64,000 nucleotides of DNA from the human T2T-CHM13v2.0 reference genome, Homo sapiens (GCF_009914755.1 NC_060939.1), one strand, 5' to 3'. Shown: positions 40,131 to 54,879, counted from the stretch's first letter. A program made the numbers and translations. The notes: generated from the letters alone by a model not told the origin.

Positions 40131-42139
40131 CTTGGCCCCTAGGATCTAGGAGAGGGCGGCCAGGTGACATTGAGGGCTCAGGAGGCCCTGAAAGGCCTAG
40201 CTCTGAGAGCTCCTTTCAGGACAGCCTGGCTTTCCTGGAATCATCTGGAGCTCCACTCACTGCCCTCTAGCCCATGCCGCGGTGGGGAAGAGCAGCAGGG
40301 TGGCAGGAAGGATGACTGGAACAAAAAATAGGATTTGGTGACAGGGTGAGCAGGGCCTAAGTCAGTCGGAAACCTTTGGTTATGTCTCCTGCTAAAACCC
40401 TGAGAAATTATTCTGAGAATATTAATGGTATTCAGAGATTCTTGGAAATCTAGCAGGGACCCACACTCAAAAACTCCTAAGATGGAACACTTAATAAGAG
40501 ACCCAAAGAAGCCGGATGGGAGCTGGCAGGTGCGGCAGGGGGAAGCGCATGACATTTTCTCTTTGAAACCAAATTCTAGGTGCAATAAAAATACTCTGGC
40601 AGATGAGTGGATGCCAGGGGAAGAAAGGAGGGGGAAGTGCAGGGTGACTGCTTAAATGGGTGTGGGATTTCCTTTTGAGATGACGAAAATATTCTAGGAC
40701 TAGGTAGTGGTTATGGCTGCACAGCACTGGAAATGTACTAAATGTCACAGAATTGTACACTTTAGAATGGTTAAAATCTTAAACTTTAAGTGTATGTATT
40801 TTACCACAATGAAAGAAAAAACACTCTGCCCTTATGGCTGGATTAGAGCAATAAAGCCAGACTATCTGGACATGGTGTATCCCTTTAGACACCCCTCAAA
40901 GGAAGCTGTGTTACCTATCACCCTGTTCTGCCCCAGGGCAAAGCACAGTGGCCCTGGGTGAGCCCGAGGCTCGGCATGGGAAGCTCAAGAACGAGCATGA
41001 TCAGAAGCAAGGCCTGCGGCCAGGTGAGGCCGCCCAAACCACCCAGCAGCATGGAGCAGCCCTTGCTGAAAGCCCATCCCTGGCAAGACCCGCATGAGTA
41101 CTAGTGGTAGAAATATTTAGTCCAAAAGGCTCTTGGATTCCTCAAGCTTTAATAATCCCTGCCCTGTGCCTGCCTACAGGCAGGCACTAAAAGTAAATCA
41201 GAAAGCCATGGAACTGGAGGACAGAAACTCCAGGGCTTTGCTGTGGACAAGAGAAGAAAAAAAGTGCCTATGGCTCCTCTCTCTCCTCCAGAGATGGCTA
41301 GAAGAGAAGCTCTGCTCAAGAAGTTGCTCTGCTCTTGCTGGTTCTCTGTGCAGCTAAGGGGAGTTTCAAGGACAGACGGCTGTATTCCTTCAGTGAGACA
41401 AGGTCTGCAATGACAATCACTGCAAAAACTTAGGAGCTTATGATGTGCCGGGCTTTCTGCACAGTGCTTAATCCTCTTTAATCCATCCTTTGAGGGAGGT
41501 CCACCCTAACGTCTGTCCCCACTTTACAGAGAAGGAAACTGGAGCCTCTCGTGTTAAGGGCTGTTTCCCACATGTCACACATATAGAAAGCTTCAGAGAC
41601 TGAACTCTGAACCACTGTAGGAGGATGAGAAAATGGGGTGAAACAGCTCTTATAAAGAGTTAAAATATTTGTATATTATGTTGTCTTTGGGGAAAAAGGT
41701 GTTTTTGCTTTTTTGTCCTTTATACGGAATTAAACTATAGCTGGAATTAGACGATATAGCTATGTTTGTCATAGTGGTGGGAGTGTAGGTTTGAGAGGGA
41801 AGCATGAGGGAATGTATCTTCGCTTCACACTGGTAGAGAGACTTCAAAGGCAATGAGACGTAGAATACTAAAGCCCGACCTGGACAGTCATGCCAAAGGC
41901 TCCTACGGTGTCACTCTAGGACCTAAAATGAATACTCCCCAGCTCCAGGCAATGTTATGTGGATGGTTGTGCTCTCCATTTTAGTGGAGAAGAGGAGCTG
42001 ATTCTTGGAGACAGCGCTCCTAGAGGATTGGAGGCCTGAGACAGTCAGACAAGGTTAGGAATGGAGAGGTGCCCACCAGGGGACTTCTGTAGAGGGAGTA
42101 TATTCCCTTTTGCTATGGACTTTGAAAACAGTCACTTTT

Positions 42140-42650
42140 TGAACCTTTTATTGAAATACCACCTCCTTACAGAAAAGTGTACAAACTGAGTGTACAGCTT
42201 GATGCACTTTCACAAACTAAATTTATTCATGTAGCCAGAACCCAACCCAGAAAAGAGAGCAGGGCCAGCACTTCTGAGGCCACTCTATGTCTCCTTCCGA
42301 TTGCTATTACCCTCCCACCCCCAAAGGTAACCACTGCCTTGAACTCTAACACTAAAGATCTTCTTGTCCAACACAGAACTACGCACACATGGAATCATAC
42401 AGTAAATACTCTTTTCTAACTTTTTTTGCTCAAAATATTTTTGTAAGATTCATTCATATTGTTCCATGAGATGTAATTACAGTTTATTCATTTTTGTTGC
42501 TGCATAGTATTTATTTCCTTCTACAAATATAGCCCAATCCATGCACTCTACTGTTGATGGACATCTGGGTGCTTTCCAGCTTGGGGCTATTATAAATACT
42601 GCTACAAACATTCTTATAAAAGTCTTTTGGTGAACCTTGTATGTACTTTT
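42140..42650 (-). mobile_element. L1M (L1MC/MD-like) 3' fragment
   Basis: ctgttgatggacatctgggtgctttccagcttggggctattataaat. Confidence 0.75.
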
Positions 42651-44239
42651 TAAATTATATTTTAGTATCCAGTTTTACGTGGGTTTTCCCACGTAAATTG
42701 GGAAAGTCCTAAAAACTAGATACTAAAATATAATTTTAAAAATACATACTTGACAGCCTCATCCCCAAACCTGCAGTGAACTCTCTTATATATGCATCTA
42801 TTAAGTTCAAAATCTGAAAACAGCAATTAAATAAAAATAAAATCCCAAATGTCCATCAACAGTAGAATAAATAAATATCTGTTGGTATATTAACGTAACA
42901 AAATGCTATGCTATATTTTGGGGCAGAAGGGACTAAGGGATGGGGAAGTAGAGGAACTGAAGCTTCCCTTTGTGATTCCTTCCCTGAGACCACCGTAGTT
43001 GTAGCGACCTCACATTAAGGAAGCAGTCCTCTCCCCATTCCAGACAGCTGTTGATGGCAGTCTCTGTGCATTAGCGAAGATGATAAAGGCCCCCAGCAAG
43101 GGCAACTGGGAAATTCAGGTTCAGAGTAAAATCACACCAGGGTCAAGTTCACACTCTCTCAGAGCAGAACTGCCTGCATTCTTCTTTTTTCCTTCACTCT
43201 GATTTTGTGTTTTTGTAAGACAATTTCCTATTTTAATGCAAGCCATTACACATCTGCTGAAGAAGTGCTCTCTGAGATAGAGACCCATTTTCGGGATTAG
43301 ACTTGGATGAGATAAACATGAGAAAGCTTAAGAGAACACATGCTCATGAGTGAGAAGGGAGAGGAGAGAGAAAAACAGAGAAAGAAGGAGAGAGTGCGAG
43401 ATAAAAAGAAGCTGCCCCATTAAATAGAGTTATCAGATCCTGAAAATGGGATTTCGACAGCTGTTTCCAAACCTATACAAAAGAGTAACTTGTATGCCTA
43501 CCAAGATGTTCTAAGCCTGTCATCCACTGGATCACATAAGTGAGAGGGGTCCAGAAGGGGAATCCTTGGTTTGTATTTAACCAACCTCTCCTCATTTAAG
43601 TTTATGTATTAGGGAACCCTGTGAGGCTTATGAAATGACTCTGTGATATAAATGAGAACTTCTGTTTCCAAATCAACAGCTGGAGGAGAGAGCCTATAAG
43701 GTTTGAGAAACAAAATTGAAAAGTACTCTGAACATCTCAGAGCTCTATGAAAACATGCATTAATATTGATGGCTTTTCAATAAATGCTTGTGAAGGAACA
43801 TCTCTTCCTAAACAAAGTAAGCCAAACTGCCTCATTTCACATAATTTTCAATATTTCCTCTAAACTTTCACTCTCACCCACCTTGAGAAGAAAATAGAGA
43901 AAATTGTTTTCCAGGAATAAGTCTCAACATGCACCTTCACTTTGAAACAGTCACTGGGACCATCATCAAGGAGATTATAGCGAAGTTTCTTGGTGTTTTT
44001 TAGACAGATCAATTTCACCATGAGAGCTAAAGCATATTCCCCAGGGAACACGCTCCAAGTAATGCTGCAGGGTCCTTTTTTTTCCCCTAGGAAAGACGAC
44101 TGATTAACTGCAAAAAACATTTTCCTCTTTGCCACTGGCTGTGTTGGAAGTTCTGAAAGTCAGCCTAAACTGATTACTTTCCAATTTAAATGGTGTATTT
44201 TTGCATGTTTGTTTTTAATCTGTTTCCCAGGTACCTTAC

Positions 44240-44382
44240 CTGAGATTTTGCCAGTGTGTTAAAGAGACCAGACCAGGAAATGAACAAGATCCCTTCAGTT
44301 CCACTGTGGAGACAGTGGAACAAGGATCTGGGGCTGCAGAAGCTGCCTGATCCTTGTTCCTTTGAAGATACGAAGGACAAAC
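44240..44382 (-). other. Candidate 143-nt internal exon, probably non-coding
   Basis: Minus-strand acceptor ttatttccttctggcttgcag| and donor cag|gtaagg in unique DNA. Confidence 0.3.
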
Positions 44383-44448
44383 CTGCAAGCCAGAAGGAAA
44401 TAACATCCCAAATATGATCAAAGCCATGTGATATTAAAAGTAAAATAG

Positions 44449-44785
<337 letters not shown>

Positions 44786-44853
44786 TTAATGGTGTCATCC
44801 AAAACTCATGGGTATGTTGAGGCTTCTGTCTGAAAGAGGGTTCGTTTTCAGCT

Positions 44854-44929
44854 TGTATCAGTCAGGATTCTAGAGAGAAACAAAACCAATAGAAACAAAA
44901 CAGATTAGATAGATAGATAGAATGTGTAC

Positions 44930-44966
<37 letters not shown>

Positions 44967-45388
44967 TAGGTATAGAGACTGAGAATGAGATTTATCATAA
45001 GGAATTAGCTTACACAATTACGAAGGCTGAGAAGTCCATGTTCAGCCATCTACAAGCGAGAAACTCAGGAAAACCATTGGTATAAGTCCAATGGATGGAG
45101 AATCAAGAGAGCTGATCAGGTAAATTTCAGTCCAAGGGCTGCGGAAGATGAGATGAGATATTCTAGCTCAAGCAAAACAGGCAGGAAGAGAAAGGGGAGA
45201 ATCCCTCCTTCCTCTGCCTTTTTGTTATATTCAGAACGCACATAAGGGAAGCCCATCCGCTTTACTGAGTCCACCAATTCAAATGCTAATCCCATCCAGA
45301 AACATCCTCTGAGACACACCAGAAATAATGTTTAATCTGGGCAACCCATGGCCCAGTCAAGGTGACTCTTAAAAGTAGCTATCATAGA
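44854..45388 (-). mobile_element. ERVL LTR MLT2-type
   Basis: tgtatcagtcaggattctagagagaaac; ttactgagtccaccaattcaaatgctaatc. Confidence 0.85.
44906..44967. repeat. (TAGA)n microsatellite within MLT2
   Basis: Read directly from the sequence. Confidence 0.95.
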
Positions 45389-45534
45389 TGAAATCTGAAA
45401 GTTACCATTTGCACTAAAAAGAGTGAGAAAAATGCCCTCCTTTCCATCATAGTAGCACAGATGGAATATAATACAGGCTTCTTAGGAAAACATATACAGA
45501 CATAATAGAGATAGAAACCAGCAGGTGTGAGTAT

Positions 45535-45900
45535 TTACTCACTGATTCAGCAAAACTGCATTGAGTGCCCACCCTGTGCCAGACACTGCAGTAGACACCG
45601 TTTGTGTACAGCTGAGAATGAAACAGACCAAGTCCTGCCCTTGTGGAGCCCAGAATGGTGGCGAGACGGATAACAAGTGTAATGCAAAACCAATGAAGCA
45701 GGTAAAGAGGAGCTGCGAGATTGGATGGAAAGGCAATGAAGCCCTCTCCAAGGAGCTGACATGAGGAGGATCTAAATGATATGAGGGAGTGAACAACTAA
45801 CTTGAAGGAAGTTCATCCCAGTCAGAGGAAATGGCAGATGCAAAAGCCCAGGGCAACAATAAGCAGGGCACCGCGCTGATTTAGGAGGTGCACCTGAGTA
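45535..45900 (-). mobile_element. L2 fossil
   Basis: ttcagcaaa..ttgagtgcccaccctgtgccagacactg. Confidence 0.7.
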
Positions 45901-46549
45901 CCTGGAGAACACTGAAACACGAAACTAAAAGAAATTTGATTCAGATGAGACGAAAAGAAACTATTTTTGCCACATCTGACTCTATGTTTTTATTGTGTTT
46001 TTTGTTAGAGGGCAGGAGTTAAATATGACGACCAGAACCCAGTCCACCCAATGGAACATGTAAATGGCAGCAGAAGTAGTGGGGGCATAATTGATTTAGA
46101 TGAACCAATCTTTTTTCACTTAATGGGTGACCAGCTGGTCCTAGATTGCGCAAAACTCTCCTAATTTTAAAACTGAAAGTTCCACATCCCAGGACTTGCC
46201 CTACTTAAGGTTGGTACTAAAGAAAAGGCATCATGAAGTGTATGAATATGTTCCCCAATACAATGAAAGAAGAAGCCAAAGGGAAGAGAATGAGTTTTTA
46301 AAATATTTTTAAGAAGTAGAAGTAACTTTACAAAGCATCTTCTTGCTATTCTTAAAGAATCAAAAAAAAAAAGAATTAAATACTACATACAAATGTAAAA
46401 ATTATTCTTGAAGCAAAGAAATACAGTACAAAAAATATTAATTTAAATTTCATAAAACATATAAAATCCCAGATTGTATGAACAAAGACAAAGAAATGGA
46501 GATAAGGAGTAATTAATTTATGCCTTCAATTTTTTTCTAATCAAAATAC

Positions 46550-47530
46550 CTGTTCAGGGTTTGTTACAAGGAGGTAGAAAAAGAGCCTTGAAAAATGATT
46601 ATAAAATTCATCTGAAAGGAAAACCTCATTAAAATAGGCAATATTCTTGGGTGGGAGAAGTTTAAAAAAGTTTAAACTTGCATTGCTGTATATTAAAACA
46701 CAGTAAAACCAATATTGTGCTGACCTAATAAAAAGTCACAGAATCAAATAAAAGGCTTAGAAATCATTGCAAGTACATATAACAATTTAATACAAGATAA
46801 GTATAAATGGGTGATCTAATAAATGGTGCTTGGATAACTGGCTAAATATTTGGTGAGGGAGGAGAGTTAGATTCCCTATCTTAAATCTTATACTGAAATA
46901 AAATCCAAACCATGAAATACAGAGAAAAATGTAAATGAATGAATGAATAAGCAAATTAAAAGAAAATGAAAAAGCAAGAAAATACAAGCAAATATTTACC
47001 TGATCTCAGAATAAGGGAAATTATTCTAAGCAAACAAACCACAGAACAAACCAAAAAGGAAAAGATATTTAGATCTGATTCTGTTCAAATTCAAAACTTG
47101 TTCATTAATATATATTAGTAGCAAATTGAAAAGTAAATAAAAAACTGGGAACAAATACTTGAGCCATGTAACTGTAGGTTAGTAGCTTTAGTATATGAGG
47201 AAAACTCACTTATCAACTAGAGCATACCAAAATTACCATGAAAAGACTGATAAAAGACATATACTGATCATTCACAAAATAATACAATTAAAAAGGCCAA
47301 AAATATTTTTGTGTCTCACTTTACTAGCATTCGAATAAATGCAAACTAAAACAATAATAAACCATTTTCAACTATCGAATTAGAAACTTTTAAAAATTAT
47401 GTTATCCAGTGCTGGGAAGTATGTTGGAAAATTGTAATTCCCACAGTACCTTTTTAGCAATATAGATCAAGACCCAAAAAGAAAATAATATCGTTTAGCC
47501 TCCCAATTCTACTTCTAAAAACTCGATGTA
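46550..47530 (+). mobile_element. Old L1M ORF2 fossil
   Basis: aataaatggtgcttggataactggcta; gaataaatgcaaactaaaacaa. Confidence 0.65.
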
Positions 47531-47551
47531 TAAAAATTTAATTTTTATATA

Positions 47552-47955
47552 CAAAATGTGGTACATATACACCATGGAATACTATGCAGCCATAAAAAAG
47601 AATGAATTCATATCCTTTGCAGGGATATGGATGAAGCTGGAAGCCATCATTCTCAGCAAACTAACACAGGAGCAGAAAACCAAATGCTGCATTTTCTCAC
47701 TCATAAATGGGAGTTGAATAATAGGAACACATGGACACAGGGGGGGAACATCACACACTGGGGCATGTCGGGGAGGTGAGGGGCAAGAGGAGACAGAGCA
47801 TTAGGACAAATACCTAATGCATGCAGGGCTTAAAACCTAGATGATGAGTTGATAGGTGCAGCAAACCACCATGGCACATGTGTACCTATGTAACAAACCT
47901 GCACATTCTGCACATGTATCCCAGAACTTAAAGTAAAATTAAAAAAAAAAAAAAA
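47552..47955 (+). mobile_element. 5'-truncated L1PA (about PA7-8) 3' end
   Basis: aaatgtggtacatatacaccatggaatactatgc ... ccagaacttaaagtaaaatt plus poly(A). Confidence 0.92.
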
Positions 47956-47957
47956 TT

Positions 47958-48329
<372 letters not shown>

Positions 48330-49189
48330 CTAATAATCATATGCATGCCACAATGATTATTTCTGGAAGATAGAATTAAAATAGGTTCTTTTATTTTATT
48401 CTGTTTTATTTTATTCCTTGTGCTATTATTTCCCAGTTTTCTTTCTATAAAAGTCCACTATCTATGAACCAAGAAAACTTCAACAATTATTATTTCAAAA
48501 AACTACCGGCCTCAACTCAAAGTCCAAATAAGAGCTTGATTTGTACCACCCTATTTTGAACAAATCCAGCTGAAAAAGTCTAACTAATCATGAATTATGG
48601 GAAGTCTTATTGATTGCAGGCTATTCAGTCTGCAGGGAGTTGAGGTAGACACGGGAAGACGTCCCACTTGGTACATTTGCAATATGGCAGGCATAAATCT
48701 TAGGTGGATATCAGTGAAGTGATTTTGCAGAGAAGTTATTAAATGAGGTGGGAATTTGGAAGTAATGAAATGGATTTGAGAAATGAGGAGGGATTTGGTA
48801 TAAGTAAGGAATGCATCCTAAATCTTCCATGAAAGCTGTTGCAGCATAAAGGTCAGAAGAAATATGTGACGCGTCCAGAGCTGAGGAATCACAGACCCAA
48901 GACCAGGAGGTTAGCCTAATCAGTCACAGGTATTTCTTCAACTCCAAGAACAGGTTTTTCTCCCTTGCAAAGAATCAGAAGTGATTGTTAATGGGAAGGA
49001 GAATCCCCTGGTTGTGTCAAACATTTAGAAACTCCACCTTATTTTAATTTTAATACTTAGTTACCCCAAGGCAAGCACCCCAACCCCAACAGTAACACAA
49101 ACACAGCTCATGGTTTTCACTCAAGATGATGGGTAAACAAAGAAAAGGTAAATATTTAAACAGTCCTTAAAAGGAAAGAAGCAGAACAA

Positions 49190-49320
49190 TGAAGAAAATG
49201 GAAAGCAGAAAAGAAGGAAGGGAAAGAGAGGGAGAGAGGGAGGGAAGGAAGATGGGAGGGAGGAAGGAAAGAAGGAAAAGAAGGGAGGGACATAGATGGG
49301 AAAATAGAAGAAGAAAAGTC
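49190..49320. repeat. GA-rich low-complexity tract
   Basis: Read directly from the sequence. Confidence 0.85.
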
Positions 49321-51871
49321 ACACTGTTAATAAAAGTTTTAAAAAGCCATGTGGGAAGTGAAGGCAGAATTGTACTCAGAGTCTATGGAAATGAACCCTG
49401 GCCCTGGTTCTGGCCCTTGTATATTGCTAAGAAAATCACTCAACCCCTCTGGATCCCGACTGCTTCTCCTACAAAATAGGTAGTGTAGCAGGCAGGCTTT
49501 ATAGGCTGCAGGGGAAAGTTTTAGAATGAATTGCAACAGAACTCAACCAGTCATGATAATCCCTTGTTTGTGTCCAACAGTAAGCAGAGCCATTTTACAC
49601 ACATGCTCTCATTTAAACAGGGGTGGACTTGGTGAAAAATTAAACTTCTCTCTCTCTCACTCACTTTAAACAACACTTAGTGTTGTGACAGCCATGGAAA
49701 AATAGAGTTTTAAGTAGGGAGCAATCACACGAGCCAAATACTGCCAAGAGGGCTGAAATTGCTCATAACTTTAGCACAGTAATGACACTGATGACCTTGG
49801 CAGTAATAGCTTTAGTGGGTGGTGGGAGCAGACAGATTTCAGTGGACTCAGAGACAAATGAGAAATTTGGAAATGAGAAAATGAAGAGGGGGTGTGATCC
49901 ACACTTTCAAGCAGGTAAAAATTGTGAAATGCAGATGTGTCAGTGGCAGATCCAGGGTTATCCAAAGGTGATTGCTGTTTTCATTTCTTTTCGGATGAGA
50001 GAGACTTGTACATGATCATGGGCCACAGAGAAGAGGATAGTAGGTAGGGAGAAATTAACGGTCAGAAACAGGGAAGGGAATGAGGTCCCTGGCAAAATAG
50101 AAGTAGCACGTGTATAAATCACAGACGGAAAGAAAGAGAAGATGCCCTTGTAACTAAGATAGAAGGCCAGGGTAAATGTGGAGGGAAAAGACAGGAGGTT
50201 GAATGCGATCCTGCTGATTGTCTCTTAAGTGGAAGATGAAGCCATCTGCTGAGAATGCATATGCCTGATGGAAATCTAGAACAGAGTGGTGAGGGTTTGC
50301 CATAGCTGCTGATCGTGATGGGAGAAGGACAGGACCAGATTTGCAGAAAAGGTTTACAAAACAGAAACCTGTAGTTTTCAGTGACTTTTCTCTGTAGTTG
50401 CTTGCCCACTCATGTGAAAGGTCAAAATGTGGGTGATTGGAATAATTTAAGACCGAATCATATGGCATGGACACTATAGAAAGACAAAAGACAGCAAAGA
50501 CTTAGAAGGTAAGAGGGCTTAGAGAATGTTCTCTTTGGTTCAGGATAGATGGGAGAGAAAATGAGGCCAGGAGTGAAGTGACCATGGAGCAGGGCTGCAG
50601 AAGTGGAGAGAGCAATCATTTTAGTGTGCGTGTGGCCAAACAGCAGGCTTTTGGAAATTAGCATGAAAATGGGAGTGAAGTATGTGGAAATGGAAAGAGT
50701 GAAGTGACAGGGGAGCACTGGAGTTTAAGATTCAAACTCTGAGTTTCCCACGGCCATCAATGACAGCAGTAGGCTCTCATTCCCCTTCACACAGTCTCAA
50801 TACTCATAGTAACCTTCCATTTCAACAACAACTTACATTTTATGACGTTTGGGACATTATCAGCAGGGTGAGGGAAAGCAAGACAATCAATGCCAACTAT
50901 ACCCCACATTGGAGGTGATTCCTCAGAAGTCTCAACCACTGATCTTGTTGGTCCTTGATGAATCAATTTGCCCGACACCAGCATTCTAATTCCTTTTTCT
51001 AACACCTTAGTGCCAGGGAGCCAAAGTATCTTTCCCATAGTCCAGCACAAAGGCACACAGCTCACAATAGCATCCATAGATTCCATTGGCTACAGGAAGA
51101 ATAAGACAACTCAACTATGTCTTAAACGCTACAGGAGACCACAAAACATCCCAAGGCCAAATGGACAGGTCTAGAGTATTCACTAAGAATGCATAAAATC
51201 ATTAAGCAACACAACTCCTAAGCAGGGAAACAAGGGAGGGAAGAAATGCAGGCAAAATTGCCAAGATGAGTTTGAAATATCCTTGAAACGGTACGCTAGA
51301 AACATTTTAGAAATGATCTAAGTGATCCAGACCCTGGGTCTGCCACTCATACAGCTGCCTTTCATGACTTTTACCTGCTTGAGTTAATCAAATGGGTGGG
51401 CACAGCACACCCCAGCTCTATTTGAGGATCCCCCACCCACATTTTAGAAATGGAATCATTCTGGATGATGGCAAGGTCTGAGGTAGCTCAGGCTATGGTT
51501 TATTAAGGAAGGAGGTGAAGTCACTGGAAATGAGGAGGTCACAGAACTCTAAAACCGATGTATTAGTGATGGAGTGTCCAAAAGGTGAGGTTCCCCAGGG
51601 TTATGATGGGGTTCAGGGTGGGTGTCATATAGTCTTAGATTATTTTTATAGCTAGTAAATGATGGCACCAAGGAATGGTGTGAGCTTCATGTGAAAATGG
51701 ATTTTTGCTCAAAATTTGGAAGAAGCGATAGACCAGCAGGGCAAGGCAAGTCCTCTCCTGCCAGCTTATTTCTTAGAGTATACAAAGCAGAATATCCTCC
51801 ACTGGAGAGGGCACATTGGTTGAGAAATTAATATCCTTAGTGTAGACCTAAGCTTTGGTTAGGGCAAAAAT

Positions 51872-52164
51872 GGCCAGGTAAGATGACTCATGCCTGTAAT
51901 CCCAACACTTTGGGAGGCTGAGGCAGGAAGATTGCTTGAGGCCAGGAGTTTGTGACCAGCTTGGTCAACATAGCAAGACCCCACCTCTACACAAAATCAA
52001 GACAGACATGGTGGTGTATGCCTGCAGTCCCAGCTACTCAAGAGGCTGAGGCGGGAAGATTGCTTGAGCCCAGAAGTTTGAGGCTACTGTGAGCTATGAT
52101 AGCACTACTGCACTCCAGCCTGAGTGACATCACAAATAAATAAATAAATAAATAAATAAATAAA
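51872..52164 (+). mobile_element. AluJ with (TAAA)n tail
   Basis: gattgcttgaggccaggagttt and gaggctactgtgagctatgat are AluJ diagnostics; degenerate TSD ggcaaaa. Confidence 0.92.
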
Positions 52165-52539
52165 GGCAAAAGATGGAATGAGCATTGGTGAGGAGGTGTG
52201 AATTTCAGAATATGTCCCCAAAATGGCAGGAGTTCCAGAGGTTATGATGTATAGATTGGAAAATTCCATAATGAAAAGTCAGGGAAGGAAGCCTGAAAAA
52301 GCAAGAACATGAGAGCATGAAAGAGATGACCCAAAAGGGTCAAATTCTGTATGGTGCCCTTCTGAATTGATTTAGTAAGCTTCATTCTTACAAAAAGATC
52401 AGTGATTAAGATGTTATTTTGGAAGGATCTGAGTTTCTGTGCACCATTCTGTAGATGCTCAAAAGGTGTTTATTAGGCTGAATTTTCTCACTTGAACATT
52501 TACAATGAGGTACAATGAGGTCTCTTAACTCATTTTTAA

Positions 52540-53545
52540 AATCTCCAGTCACAACCCCCACCTAAGTCCAGCCCACATACACTCACCAGAATCATTGTTC
52601 TAAAATATGAGTTCAGGACCCATCACTCCTGTGCTTGGAACACATCATCAGCTCCCCATCATATATTAAGGATAAAGTATAAACACCTTAAACATGTCAT
52701 TTAGGACCCAGCACAATCTAGCCTCATCTTACCTACCAGCCTGAGCTCCTCCCCATCTCATTCATGCCAATCACAGTAGACTACCTGCCACATGGAGGGG
52801 TGGAATAATGGACAAGAGTTCTGGCTCCAAAGGCTGTTTTGCATGGGTTGGAACCTCAGGTTCATCACATACACTGACTGTGTGACCTTGATCTAGTTAA
52901 CCTCTTTTAGATGGTAATGATATCTACCTCAGAAGGGTGATTTTTAGGATTAAATGAGTTAATACAACCAAAGCACTGGACATGTGATCGATAAATATTA
53001 GTGATTATAGAACAAGTATTTCTGAGATTTTACACCCTCATCTCTCTACTGCAAATGCTCTTCCCACCTTTCCCATCTCAAAATCTTTATCTCTTCTCTC
53101 AAATCCCAACTCAAATATCACCACTTCTTTGAAGTTTTTAAGAGTTTTTTCCTTTTCCTATCCTCCAGGTTAAAATTAATCACTGACTTTGTGCTCCCAT
53201 GAGATTTATCCAGACTCAGAGCAATAATAGCATTGTACTTGATTTAACTGCTTCATGCAGCTCTATCCAGCACAAACCAAGAGTGGGCCTCCTGTTCTGC
53301 AAAGGGCCACAGGCTAATTCAAACTTCATGATCTTTGAGATACAAGTAATGACAAGGAAATATTCGTTCTTAAGCAGAAATAAAGAAACACCAATTGCCA
53401 TGATTTCAAGCAAAAAGAAAAACACTGTATGCTTTCCTAACTGCCAATAAGAAGTCCAATTAGTGTCTTATTAAAAATCTCTACATCCCTAGTGTCTCAA
53501 TAGTGCTTGACATTTAGTAGCTGCTCAGCAAAGGTCTTTTGGATC
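52540..53545 (+). mobile_element. L2 fossil with an embedded MIR (~52790-53010)
   Basis: catcactcctgtgctt; ccaactcaaatatcacc; MIR core actgtgtgaccttg. Confidence 0.6.
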
Positions 53546-53973
53546 AGATGGAATGCAATACAGTGAGACTGAATGGAATTAAATCTAGTTAGGTTTCAGG
53601 GAGATAGGGTTATCCACCGTCCATATCCATCAAACCACAAGTCTTATTATCATAAGGTTCAACTATTTTGAAAAAAAAAACCTCTAAACTACACCACTAA
53701 TAATACAAACATCTAAGATGCATTTTAATGAGCAACAGAAAGCTTATAATATCCCGCTGCACTAACCAGCAATATGTCCCTTTTCTTGCCAGTAATATTT
53801 TCAATGAAGAAAGTATCTACAAGTATTTCTAGCTCCCTTTATGTTATTAAAAGTACCAGTGTAACCTAGCAACCACCAAGATACAGATATTAAAACAGAC
53901 ACTTTATAATATATTCCAGTACTTTGCCATCCAGTTAGTGTAAATAATTTTATACTTAATAATTACCCATTTC

Positions 53974-54879
53974 GAGGAGGAGCCAAGATGGCCGAATAGG
54001 AACAGCTCCGGTCTACAGCTCCCAGCGTGAGCGACGCAGAAGACGGGTGATTTCTGCATTTCCATCTGAGGTACCGGGTTCATCTCACTAGGGAGTGCCA
54101 GACAGTGGGCGCAGGTCAGTGGGTGCGCGCACCGTGCGCGAGCGGAAGCAGGGCGAGGCATTGCCTCACTCGGGAAGCCCAAGGGGTCAGGGAGTTCCCT
54201 TTCCTAGTCAAAGAAAGCTGTGACGGACGGCGCCTGGAAAATCGGGTCACTCCCACCTGAATACTGCGCTTTTCCGACGGGCTTAAAAAACGGCGCACCA
54301 CGAGATTATATCCCTCACCTGCCTCAGAGGGTCCTACGCCCACGGAATCGCGCTGATTGCTAGCACAGCAGTCTGAGATCAAACTGCAAGGCGGCAGCGA
54401 GGCTGGGGGAGGGGCGCCCGCTATTGCCCAGGCTTGATTAGGTAAACAAAGCAGCCGGGAAGCTCCAACTGGGTGGAGCCCACCACACCTCAAGGAGGCC
54501 TGCCTGCCTCTGTAGGCTCCACCTCTGGGGGCAGGGCACAGACAAACAAGAGGACAGCAGTAACCTCTGCAGACTTAAATGTCCCTGTCTGACAGCTTTC
54601 AAGAGAGCAGTGGTTCTCCCAGCACACAGCTGGAGATCTGAGAACGGGAAGACTGCCTCCTCAAGTGGGTCCTTGACCCCTGACCCCTGAGCAGCCTAAC
54701 TGGGAGGCACCACCCAGCAGGGGTACACTGACACCTGACAAGGCAGGGTATTCCAACAGACCTGCAGCTGAGGGTCCTCTCTGTTAGAAGGAAAACTAAC
54801 AAACAGAAAGGACATCCACACCAAAAACCCATCTGTACATCACCATCATCAAAGACCAAAAGTAGATAAAACCACAAAG
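53974..54879 (+). promoter_or_regulatory. L1 5'UTR internal sense and antisense promoter
   Basis: YY1 site CAAGATGGCC at 53984-53993 intact; CpG-rich. Confidence 0.9.
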
